From positions 81,920-145,919 of IMG/VR virus record IMGVR_UViG_3300032309_001546: DNA of 64,000 nucleotides. One strand, written 5' to 3'. The notes beneath the pieces were generated by a model. The model was not told the DNA's origin. It searched no databases and saw only the letters and a list, made by a program, of their open reading frames with translations. The stretch comes from a virus. Below, piece after piece: positions 27,166-36,062 of this stretch. Within the stretch, counting starts at the first letter, position 1. Each line of letters opens with the position of its first letter. Both the position numbers and the translations under genes were made by a program.

Positions 27166-27654
27166 CTACTTGATGTAGGTATTGATTGACATCAGGCTGC
27201 GCATAGCCTGGTGTTGATACTCCGTTTTGGCAACCCACTCAAAGGTCGCCTCAATGGAGCGTTCGAGCCGATTAAGCGGCCCGCTGAGGAACTGAATCTC
27301 ACCCTGCGACATAGGCGGGGTAAGGTCCGACTCAACAAACTTAGCAAAGACATCCCACTGGTTGTTAAGCCAGAGAGTGAAAGATGCGTGAGCCTGTTGA
27401 GCCCGGACCAAGCGTTCCATTGCTTGATCCGTCGTGATGTTCTGAGCACAGGCGTTGATGCCAGTCCTCCAGACGCAAGTCTTGAGGCCCACCGCCTGGA
27501 TCTCAAGAACATCACGCTCCACTGCAGCGACCTGCTCGTGGAAGTACCGAGAGATCATCCCGGCGGTGGGTGCCTCATTGGTTGAATAGGTATAAATACC
27601 CTCAACCGATGAAGCGTTGACGAGGAGAGCGGACACGATAACGTTGTTCGACAT
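27166..27654 (-). CDS. cassette hypothetical protein (first gene of the minus-strand block)
   Basis: GGAG RBS before ATG 27654. Confidence 0.7.
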   Translation of the reverse strand: MSNNVIVSALLVNASSVEGIYTYSTNEAPTAGMISRYFHEQVAAVERDVLEIQAVGLKTCVWRTGINACAQNITTDQAMERLVRAQQAHASFTLWLNNQWDVFAKFVESDLTPPMSQGEIQFLSGPLNRLERSIEATFEWVAKTEYQHQAMRSLMSINTYIK

Positions 27655-27779
27655 GATTGACTCCAAGACAAAGGGCGGAATTGCCCACACACTAGCCCAT
27701 AACGGTACAGGCGGTCGATCCAAAGGGGGTGGGCTAAAACGAATAGGGGGTACACATCTTTACCAGGCGGGCTATATAG

Positions 27780-28110
27780 AGTACCCACTCTTTTCCGAAA
27801 AAAAATATATTAATTATATATATCCAGATATATAGCCTGTCTTTAGATTGCTCTTTTCCAAAAAAAATATATATAAATATATAAGCCTATATAGAGTTCT
27901 TTAGGCAAGTCTACGTCCCCTTTTCAGACCTATACCCCCTTTTCCCCTAGCTTTCCCACTAAGTGTTTTCTCAAAATATATATAGAGGTTTTCCCCTATA
28001 CTATATATAGGACTTTTCCTTATACATATAAGGTCTTTCCTTAAATAATATTTAAGGTTTTTTCCTTTTCCCTATATAGCGTCCCTTATGGTATCAAGTT
28101 AATAAAGTTT
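27780..28110. repeat. AT-rich low-complexity strand-switch region with CTTTTCCRAAAAAAAATATAT direct repeats and many TTTCC/TATATAG units
   Basis: Seen directly; lies between divergent gene blocks. Confidence 0.75.
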
Positions 28111-28119
28111 AAACTTAGT

Positions 28120-29442
28120 TTGATTACTAGTAAGAAGTACTCTGTTTTGGCACACTATAACGACATTAATAAGGCTAATAATAAGAAGCCTAGGTCTTCA
28201 CACGATAATAGTGCTGGGCGGGGAGTTGATAACCCATATAAGAATGCAGAGAGACTAGCTCAACCTACTTATACTGGAACTATCTCTGGACAAGTTATAG
28301 ATCCTTATACTCTTAAGAATAGCTTAGAGTTTTCAAGTAGGGAAGAGGAGATGCCTTTTGACTTGCAAGCTCTTTCTGAAGAAGAAAATGTTAATGTTAT
28401 AGAGAGCGCAAAGGGCCTTCCTACTAGGGGTCTTGCTATCAGTGAGGATAAGTCCTTTACTAAGACTGCTAGTCTCTTAAAGGACTCTAGTCTCGTCTCT
28501 GGCAATCATAATACTAATGGTCTTGGCGGCGTGGAGGCCAGTACACAAATACTACTTGATAGAGTTGGGGAGCTTTTAGATAACGATGAAACATTACTGG
28601 AAAGAGCTGAGCCCCTTGATCATACTTCTTCTACTTCTATCTCTCTTAAAGATGCTTTTCAAAGTGCTTTAGACGCCAGTGATCCTAATACTATAGATGT
28701 TAATGCTTTCTTCTCTAGCAGTAGTCTTGGGACTTTTCTTGGTAGTGATCCTGATCTATATAAGGACTTGCATATAACACCTCAGAGTGCCGCTAGAATG
28801 AGGTCGCATCTTGCCGCCGTTAAACATGGTACTTATGCTAGTGTGCCTCTTATCTGTAAAGGATATGAGAGTTGCCCCATTCGCAGCTCATGTTGGTTTG
28901 CTGTTAAGAAGGACAATGGAAGTATTGATCTTGCCTCTAGTAAATTCCCAGTACTGCAACCTTGCCCGGTAGAAGCTAGTATTCTTCAGGTTAAGGTTAA
29001 GCAATACTGCAGTGAGAACTTTAGAGATATGAATAACATTACCCCTAGTGTTATTAGCTTGGCTACCAAGCTTGCTGAACTAGATATCTATGAGATCCGG
29101 GTTAATATGCTGTTATCTCAAGGTGACAGCCTTGGCGAGGGTAGAGACTTAATGCAGGAGGCCGTGCTAAGTAGCGACTTACATGGTAATCCTGTTAAGA
29201 CTGCGATGAAAGAACATCCTGCTTTTGCGTTGAAGGAACGCTTTCAGAAGATGCGTAGTCAATTGATGAAGGAACTTTTAAGTACTCCAGAAGCTAAGTT
29301 AAATGCGAGGGCTAAGATGGAGTCTACTAAGGTTGAGAGTGTTAGTTCAACAATGACAAAAATGTCTGCTGCATTAAGTAAGATTAATAGTTTAATAAGA
29401 GATAATAAAGATAGTGATCCTTTTGATTACGAAGATGATTAG
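28120..29442 (+). CDS. putative terminase small subunit-like protein (start uncertain)
   Basis: C-terminal EHPAF...MRSQLMKELLSTPEAK resembles P27-type TerS; Cys cluster; heads the packaging operon. Confidence 0.5.
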   Translation: MITSKKYSVLAHYNDINKANNKKPRSSHDNSAGRGVDNPYKNAERLAQPTYTGTISGQVIDPYTLKNSLEFSSREEEMPFDLQALSEEENVNVIESAKGLPTRGLAISEDKSFTKTASLLKDSSLVSGNHNTNGLGGVEASTQILLDRVGELLDNDETLLERAEPLDHTSSTSISLKDAFQSALDASDPNTIDVNAFFSSSSLGTFLGSDPDLYKDLHITPQSAARMRSHLAAVKHGTYASVPLICKGYESCPIRSSCWFAVKKDNGSIDLASSKFPVLQPCPVEASILQVKVKQYCSENFRDMNNITPSVISLATKLAELDIYEIRVNMLLSQGDSLGEGRDLMQEAVLSSDLHGNPVKTAMKEHPAFALKERFQKMRSQLMKELLSTPEAKLNARAKMESTKVESVSSTMTKMSAALSKINSLIRDNKDSDPFDYEDD

Positions 29443-29473
29443 CTTTTAACTATTTGTACTTTAAGGGATTTAA

Positions 29474-32400
29474 ATGGCACAATTTAGTCCGCGAGTAAGA
29501 GCCGCAAGAGACTACATTTTGAATCCCGACATGGATCCTATCAAAGCAGCAAGTGCTTTGTATGGAAAGCATGCTAATGCTAATACCTACTTAAGTACTG
29601 TAGATGCTAGTGTTCGCGGTATTTTCACTGCTAGTACTGCTATTATGAAGGGTACTGCTAGGTTTACTGGCGACGTAGCTAAGTCGCTGAATAAGGTTGT
29701 TAAACCTCGTAAGATTATAGAAAGTACATTAAGTAGGTTGATTGGTCAGAAAGATACAAATGATATTTTAAACTTTACTGATAATATCCTTAAAGAATCT
29801 ACGGATGCTTTAAAGGAGATGGGTAAACAAATATCTATCTTTACAACTGAGTATGCTGCTAATGCAACTAATATGGAATATGGGGGAAGTGCAAGTAACG
29901 TACTTAGAAGTATGAAGACTGCAATGCTTTCTGCTAGTGGATATAGTTTCTCTGTTAATGAAATGATACAGAATACTGTAGTTATAGACATTGAGACCGG
30001 CGGCCTTGGCAAGAATGCCCCGATTGTTCAGATGGCTATGGCAGATATATCTCGTATTCCAAATATGAGTCAAATGACTCCTGATGAGATTAGAGCTTAC
30101 CAGGAAGAGATAGCCAGATTAACTCCTCGTGAGCAATTAGAGCGAGGAATGCTAAGCATGCAGATGCTGCCTGAAGCAGTTCTCAGAGATGATGCTAGAA
30201 CTGCTGCTAATGGAGCTGTACGCACACCTACTTACAATATGACTACACACTTACCAAGGAGTGCTCAGGCTTTCCAAGAGACTTTTGGTGGTTGGGGCTT
30301 GCATACTGAAGGCTATACTATCGGAGACTTTTATCGAGAGTATGCAGATGAAGTAGATCCGTCAGCCGCAGATCCTAATGATCCTATGGCTCGTAGAATC
30401 TCTGATGCTAATATGGCTTCTATTAGAGCAAATCTTGAACAGCATGGTTTTATTTCATTGCAAGATGGCAGAAGACTATATAGTCAGAGAGAAGCGACTA
30501 AGTGGTCAACTATTTTTATGAAGAGGGCCGCAGATGAGAATAAGAATTTAACTGCAGCTAATATTTCATTCGAATCTTTTCGAGTAGGTAAGCTGCAGAA
30601 TTTCTTTGTTGAGGATGCAGAGGTAGGAGTAGATGACAGAGCTGTCAACTTTGTTATTGGCAGAGATCAAATGACACAGGCTGAGAAGGATAAGTTCTTC
30701 CTGAATAATGATCCAGATATTGTTGCTGCTTTTGGCGGAGAACTAAAAGGGCACAAAGATATAAGAGATATGTATCAAGCGACTTGGAAAAGTAAGTATA
30801 AGCTTAATATCTTAGATGAGAATAATTATTACTTTGTAGACCAGTTTAAGACTTTGCAGAACAAAGGAAGAAGCAATGAGATGATAAATCTTTTTCCTGA
30901 GTTTATGCGTCGCCTTGGCGGCGGATTAAAAACTTATGACCAGCAGAACTTGACTAAGATGTTATTCTCTGGGCTAATGCAACTTGACTATATTCCTCAT
31001 AGCCAAGATATCTTCTCAGGTACAGCTATTGACTGGGCGACTAGAACTGCTTTGGGCGAATCAGAAAGTCACTTAGCTTTCTCTGACGTTTTACAGCAGG
31101 CTAGAATCATGACAGAAGGTAAGTTAGGTGACGCGACTTCTGATGTCTATAACATGACTAAAGCAACTGGATCTGCTGCCGTTGGTGACCAGGTAAAGGG
31201 AATGTTTTCTGCGATAAGAGTCTTGCTTGATCCTAAGAGAAAGACCTGGTTTGATTTAGGAAAAATTATTAGAGAGACTGAAGTAAGTGTTAACCATCCT
31301 ATTCAAAGAACAACTGAAGCAGGTCAAGTATTTAATGCTCCTGCTGCGTTAGGTAATCTCCAATTTACTGGAAGTATTGCTGAGGTAAACAAGCAATATA
31401 ACATTACCAAAGAACTATTAAGAATAAATGAGACTGTAGACCATGCACTAGGAGTAGGCAATACTCTATATGACCAGAGAGGAGCGGGATTAACAGAGAC
31501 AATGCCCGCGAGACAACTAGAAGCAAACAGCCCTCAGTTAAGAGAAGGTACAACTATCGAATACAATGGTACTACTTACCAAACACGTGCTAGTATACAA
31601 ACTCCATCTGGCCGAATGTATCAGGTTCAAGGTTCGAATGCTCTTATTCCAGCTCAAGATATAACAATTCCAGCACAGGATGTCACCTGGTTTGAAACTG
31701 GACATGAGCCTTTCTCTCTAGGAAGACAGACAGGACAAAAGCGCCATGAGCTTACAACTCCTGACAGTAGAAGTTTATACATGAGCTATACTACTCATGA
31801 CTATGAGTTGACAGATAGAATTAGAGAGCAACATCAAAGCCATCTTGCAGCAGGAGCAACGGCAGATGAGGCAAATGCAGCAACGAAAGAATGGCTAGTT
31901 GGTCAGTATGCGGAGACAAGAGGTATACAGTCAACTGGTAGAACTGCTCCTGGAATGATTGACCAATTCCGTACTTTAATGGGAATGTTTAATAATCGAC
32001 AAGAAATGACAGATACTTTGCGCTTCCAGATGGAACATGGTAAGAAAGCAATGGATGCATCTATTCATGAACAAGTAAGAGGTAGAGTTGCAGAAGTTGC
32101 AAGACTAGGCAAGGAAGACATTATAACTCCGACACGAGACTTTGTAACCGAAGGCGCAAGAACTGTTAGTGATGTCTTCTCGGGCCGTCGCTCTTTAAAC
32201 GATATAAGCTTAAGTTCTATATCTAATTTGCCAAATGCAATAGTCCAGCAGACTTTTAATGTAGATGCAGACTTTGCAAGAATGTTTACCCGTGTTGCTG
32301 GTAGGCCATTGGCTGTTGCTGGAGCAGTAGGAGCAGTTGCTGGAGCTGTAGGTGCTGGCTATATGGTAGATGGTCCAAGTTGGAAAGCAACTACAGGTGA

Positions 32401-33295
32401 CATTCTTAAAATGACAGGCGAGGAAAAAACAATCCTTGAACAGGGACATCACAAATCTGGTGGCAATCTTCTTGATGTTTCTACTCCTTATCTTGGAGAT
32501 ATACAACATATCAATCCAAATGGCGCAGTACTAACTGCACTAGACTCTAGTAAAGTTGATTATGCGATTGGTGACGGTGACACTGTTGAAGTCTTGTCAA
32601 AAGGCTTTCTTGGTATGGGTAGAAAAAAGCTAGGAAGTATCCGTGTTGCAGGCATTGACACACCGGAAACTTCGCATGGTGGTGGTAATGGACCAGGTAA
32701 TATGCCTTACTCTGCTCAGGGTAAACAGTACTTAAGCAACGTGCTTAGCTCTAGAGAAGGAGCTTATGTTGCTATTGGACCAAAACAGACGTATGGTCGC
32801 GCCGTTGGTCTTGTTGTTGATGAGTCAGGAATTAACTATTCTCACCAGATGGTTGAGCAAGGACTTGGTTCAGTGCTTTATCGTGAAACTCCATTTGAAG
32901 ACTTAATTAGCCAGAAAGATTATAATCGAGCTGAGAATAGAGCAAGAGCTGGCAACAGAGGAATGTGGAGTGAACCATTCTACTATGGTGCACAAAGCGG
33001 GATTGAAGGTAGAGACAGAACTGGTTGGAATAAAATGACACCGACTAATGCTTATAAATTTAACTTTGATAGAAGTCCTGGCACAACTACTGAACAAGTT
33101 GAAAAGATGAGAGAACCAATGGAGATGGCTCATTCTTTAAATAGTATAATTGATACAACACAAGAAGATTTTTTAAATGCTGCAGGCAGTAGCATTGGAA
33201 GAGGTAATCATAAAGCATTGATGGCAGATATGCAACAGATGGCGCTAGCAAATAGCATGCAAAAAAACCGAGGAAGAGGCAGGGAGCGTAGATAA
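29474..33295 (+). CDS. large protein with DEDDh (DnaQ-like) exonuclease motifs and a C-terminal staphylococcal-nuclease domain
   Basis: VVIDIETGG, ANISFE, HLAFSDV; GDGDTV...IRVAGIDTPE...YGR...ARAGNRGMW. Confidence 0.75.
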   Translation: MAQFSPRVRAARDYILNPDMDPIKAASALYGKHANANTYLSTVDASVRGIFTASTAIMKGTARFTGDVAKSLNKVVKPRKIIESTLSRLIGQKDTNDILNFTDNILKESTDALKEMGKQISIFTTEYAANATNMEYGGSASNVLRSMKTAMLSASGYSFSVNEMIQNTVVIDIETGGLGKNAPIVQMAMADISRIPNMSQMTPDEIRAYQEEIARLTPREQLERGMLSMQMLPEAVLRDDARTAANGAVRTPTYNMTTHLPRSAQAFQETFGGWGLHTEGYTIGDFYREYADEVDPSAADPNDPMARRISDANMASIRANLEQHGFISLQDGRRLYSQREATKWSTIFMKRAADENKNLTAANISFESFRVGKLQNFFVEDAEVGVDDRAVNFVIGRDQMTQAEKDKFFLNNDPDIVAAFGGELKGHKDIRDMYQATWKSKYKLNILDENNYYFVDQFKTLQNKGRSNEMINLFPEFMRRLGGGLKTYDQQNLTKMLFSGLMQLDYIPHSQDIFSGTAIDWATRTALGESESHLAFSDVLQQARIMTEGKLGDATSDVYNMTKATGSAAVGDQVKGMFSAIRVLLDPKRKTWFDLGKIIRETEVSVNHPIQRTTEAGQVFNAPAALGNLQFTGSIAEVNKQYNITKELLRINETVDHALGVGNTLYDQRGAGLTETMPARQLEANSPQLREGTTIEYNGTTYQTRASIQTPSGRMYQVQGSNALIPAQDITIPAQDVTWFETGHEPFSLGRQTGQKRHELTTPDSRSLYMSYTTHDYELTDRIREQHQSHLAAGATADEANAATKEWLVGQYAETRGIQSTGRTAPGMIDQFRTLMGMFNNRQEMTDTLRFQMEHGKKAMDASIHEQVRGRVAEVARLGKEDIITPTRDFVTEGARTVSDVFSGRRSLNDISLSSISNLPNAIVQQTFNVDADFARMFTRVAGRPLAVAGAVGAVAGAVGAGYMVDGPSWKATTGDILKMTGEEKTILEQGHHKSGGNLLDVSTPYLGDIQHINPNGAVLTALDSSKVDYAIGDGDTVEVLSKGFLGMGRKKLGSIRVAGIDTPETSHGGGNGPGNMPYSAQGKQYLSNVLSSREGAYVAIGPKQTYGRAVGLVVDESGINYSHQMVEQGLGSVLYRETPFEDLISQKDYNRAENRARAGNRGMWSEPFYYGAQSGIEGRDRTGWNKMTPTNAYKFNFDRSPGTTTEQVEKMREPMEMAHSLNSIIDTTQEDFLNAAGSSIGRGNHKALMADMQQMALANSMQKNRGRGRERR

Positions 33296-36060
33296 TGTTA
33301 TCTCTTATAAGTAAAATCCTAGGGAAAGCTGGATCTGCCATTGGTAAAGCTGGTGGAGCTGCACGAGGAGCGGCAACCGGAGGCGCGGGTCGGGCTGCTG
33401 CAAGTGCTGGTCTCGGTGTCTTCAATGGAGCAGCAACTGGAGCTATGATTGGCTCTGCTATTCCTGGGGTTGGGAGTGTAGCAGGTGCGGTTGTAGGAGG
33501 TGTAACTAGCGCCCCTGTAAGGGCCGGCCTTGGTGGCTTAGCTCGACGTCTTGGATTGTCTAAAGCAGGAGGAGCAGCCGCTAGTTCTGCTGCTGGAGGT
33601 GCGGCTCAAGTAGTGCAAGGAGCTACTCCAGTCGGGGCAAGTGCAGCTTCTAATTTAGCTGGAGCTTTAATTGGAGATGCTGGAAGAGCTGCCCCTGCTG
33701 CTTCAAGGGCGGCCGCAACAACAGAAAAACAAGTAGCTTCTGTAAGTCGAAAAAAGAATAGAGGTGCTGGTAGAAGGGAAAAAATAGAAAGGGAAAAACA
33801 AGCCGCAGCTAGTGCGCCTGTAAGAACAGCCAAAGAAGCAACTTTAGGTCCCAATGCGAATGAGCAAGCACTATATGATTCTGCAGATGTTGATCTTCCT
33901 ATGCGTAAAGGAAAATCGCCAGCAGCAATGCAGTCTACAGATCATATTTTCCCTGGAAAAATGTCTGGTGCTGCGGATGAAGTTTCAGATTTTCCAGCGC
34001 GTAAAGGAAAATCAGCCGCAGGGGGAATGCAATCTGGAGACTCTCTTTTCTCAGGACAAGTGCCTGGTGTCACTAGACCAACTGAAGTTGGAGGAGCTGC
34101 TGCGGGAGAGGATATATTAGATCTTCCAGGCAGAAAAGGAGCAACAGGACCAGGAGCAGTTCAATCTGGAGACTCTCTTTTTTCTGGGCAAGTTCCTGGG
34201 GCTACTAGACCAACGTCTGCTGAATCTTTTGCTAGTGCAGAAGTAGATGCTGACTTACCAGTAAGCAAACCTAAAGATGTTCCGATGTTGCCTGGCACTC
34301 GACCCCAAGATGCTGCAATGTTGCCTGGCACTCGACAAGCTGCCCCTGCTCCAGGAGTGAACCCAGCTGCGCCAGATCCAAGTGTAGCAACACCTGGAGC
34401 CGCACCAAGTGCAGGCCCTACAACTGGAGCACAGGCAGCGAAGAAGATGCCAGGACCACCAGAAAGGATGGCTAATATAGTAACAGGTGGAGGAGATACA
34501 GTTGATGACATAAAGAAACTTAAAGATCCTAGTAGATTGATTGACTGGGCTGTTGGTCCTGCTATTGGAGCAGCAATTGGTGGTGCTGAAGGATTTTATA
34601 ATTACGACTCATCAAAAGAAAAAGATCCTCTATTAAAAGAGACACCTTTTATTGCACGTATGAAAGCTGCAGGTGAAGGAGCCGCTAAAGGAGCTGGCTA
34701 CGCAGCTGCAGGTATTGCAGGCGAGAGAGCTTTAGTTGGCATTGGCAAGATGAATATGTCGGAGTATCAGAAGTCTCTATTGCCTGGCCCAATAAGTTTA
34801 ACTGAAGCTTTTACAAAAGGATTTGGTTCAACAGCAGGAGCATCTGGCACTACTAGCATGGGAGGGATATCAAATAGAGTAACTGGTGCTTTTGACGAAA
34901 GTAGTGGTTATGTTGCGGCCCTTAGAACTGATAAAGGAATAAAAGCTGAAGAAGCTGTTTCGGGCAAGATAAGACAAGTAGAAAGAGAGGCGGCAGAGGC
35001 TACGAAGAAAAGGGCTGCTGCTGCAGCTTCTGCTCCAACCGCGACTGCACCTGCTGCGGCAACCGCAGCTCCAGCTGCAGCTGCAGGGGCAACTCCGACT
35101 CGCCGTACTGTTAGTGCTCCTCCTGCGAACTTTAGACCCGGTTCAATGACAACCCCAACACCTGCTCCTGCTGCTTCTGCAACAGCCGCTCCTTCATCTT
35201 TTCCAGCAGGTACCCCCGCAGCAGCGCGTAATCCAGCTTCGGCAGCGCCAGCGGCTGCGCCAGCAGCACCCGCTCCTCCTCCTCCAAGTGCTACAGTAAC
35301 TGCAGCAACAGCAGCTTCTAATGCAAATGCGCCAAGAGTTCAATCCAGAATTCAGATAGAGCAGCTTAATAAGCAGAGAGAAAAAATTAGGAATAATACT
35401 GCTGATAGTATGATGCACTTGCCAGATCATATGACTCCACAAAGAGTTAGCGATAGCGTGAACTCTGCTAGAGGTATAGTTGATGCTGGTGTTATTGCAG
35501 CAACTGCAGTAGGGGCACTCGCAGGTACCCCTATACTTATGGCAAAGCAAGCTGTTCATAATTATAAAGAACATATTTTACAGCCAAATGAAAAGACAAG
35601 TCAGGTCTCAGCAGGAATGAGTTTAAGAGGGCCTCAGATTCAAAATCCATTCTTGAGTGAAGGTCAAGCAACAGGTGAATATGGAATCCGCAGTACCTTA
35701 GATGCTCAGTTTGGAGATGGCGCTATTGCAAGGAATATTATAGCTGCAGGCGTAACAACCACTGTTGGTGGAGCCGCAATGTTTGGAGCAATGGGAGCTA
35801 CTAGTTATGGTGGTGGACCTGGTCACCCAATGAATGCTTTACAAATGAGAGATCCTGCAGTAAGTGCTAAGGCTCAGATGGACGCAGATGCAAGTAATAA
35901 GATTAGAATGAGTGATCCATCTCAGCTTGGACTAGCTGACGCCGAAGAAATGTACTATTCAAATCCGAGTATGAGACCAGTTCAAAGCAGATCAAGACCC
36001 GGTCAGTATAATGACACTGGTAATCTAACACTTGCTCTTAGTGCATTAAGAAGAGGTTAA
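33295..36060 (+). CDS. Ala/Gly/Pro-rich putative virion (internal/ejection) protein
   Basis: 921 aa, glycine-zipper segments, internal repeats. Confidence 0.65.
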   Translation: MLSLISKILGKAGSAIGKAGGAARGAATGGAGRAAASAGLGVFNGAATGAMIGSAIPGVGSVAGAVVGGVTSAPVRAGLGGLARRLGLSKAGGAAASSAAGGAAQVVQGATPVGASAASNLAGALIGDAGRAAPAASRAAATTEKQVASVSRKKNRGAGRREKIEREKQAAASAPVRTAKEATLGPNANEQALYDSADVDLPMRKGKSPAAMQSTDHIFPGKMSGAADEVSDFPARKGKSAAGGMQSGDSLFSGQVPGVTRPTEVGGAAAGEDILDLPGRKGATGPGAVQSGDSLFSGQVPGATRPTSAESFASAEVDADLPVSKPKDVPMLPGTRPQDAAMLPGTRQAAPAPGVNPAAPDPSVATPGAAPSAGPTTGAQAAKKMPGPPERMANIVTGGGDTVDDIKKLKDPSRLIDWAVGPAIGAAIGGAEGFYNYDSSKEKDPLLKETPFIARMKAAGEGAAKGAGYAAAGIAGERALVGIGKMNMSEYQKSLLPGPISLTEAFTKGFGSTAGASGTTSMGGISNRVTGAFDESSGYVAALRTDKGIKAEEAVSGKIRQVEREAAEATKKRAAAAASAPTATAPAAATAAPAAAAGATPTRRTVSAPPANFRPGSMTTPTPAPAASATAAPSSFPAGTPAAARNPASAAPAAAPAAPAPPPPSATVTAATAASNANAPRVQSRIQIEQLNKQREKIRNNTADSMMHLPDHMTPQRVSDSVNSARGIVDAGVIAATAVGALAGTPILMAKQAVHNYKEHILQPNEKTSQVSAGMSLRGPQIQNPFLSEGQATGEYGIRSTLDAQFGDGAIARNIIAAGVTTTVGGAAMFGAMGATSYGGGPGHPMNALQMRDPAVSAKAQMDADASNKIRMSDPSQLGLADAEEMYYSNPSMRPVQSRSRPGQYNDTGNLTLALSALRRG

Positions 36061-36062
36061 TT

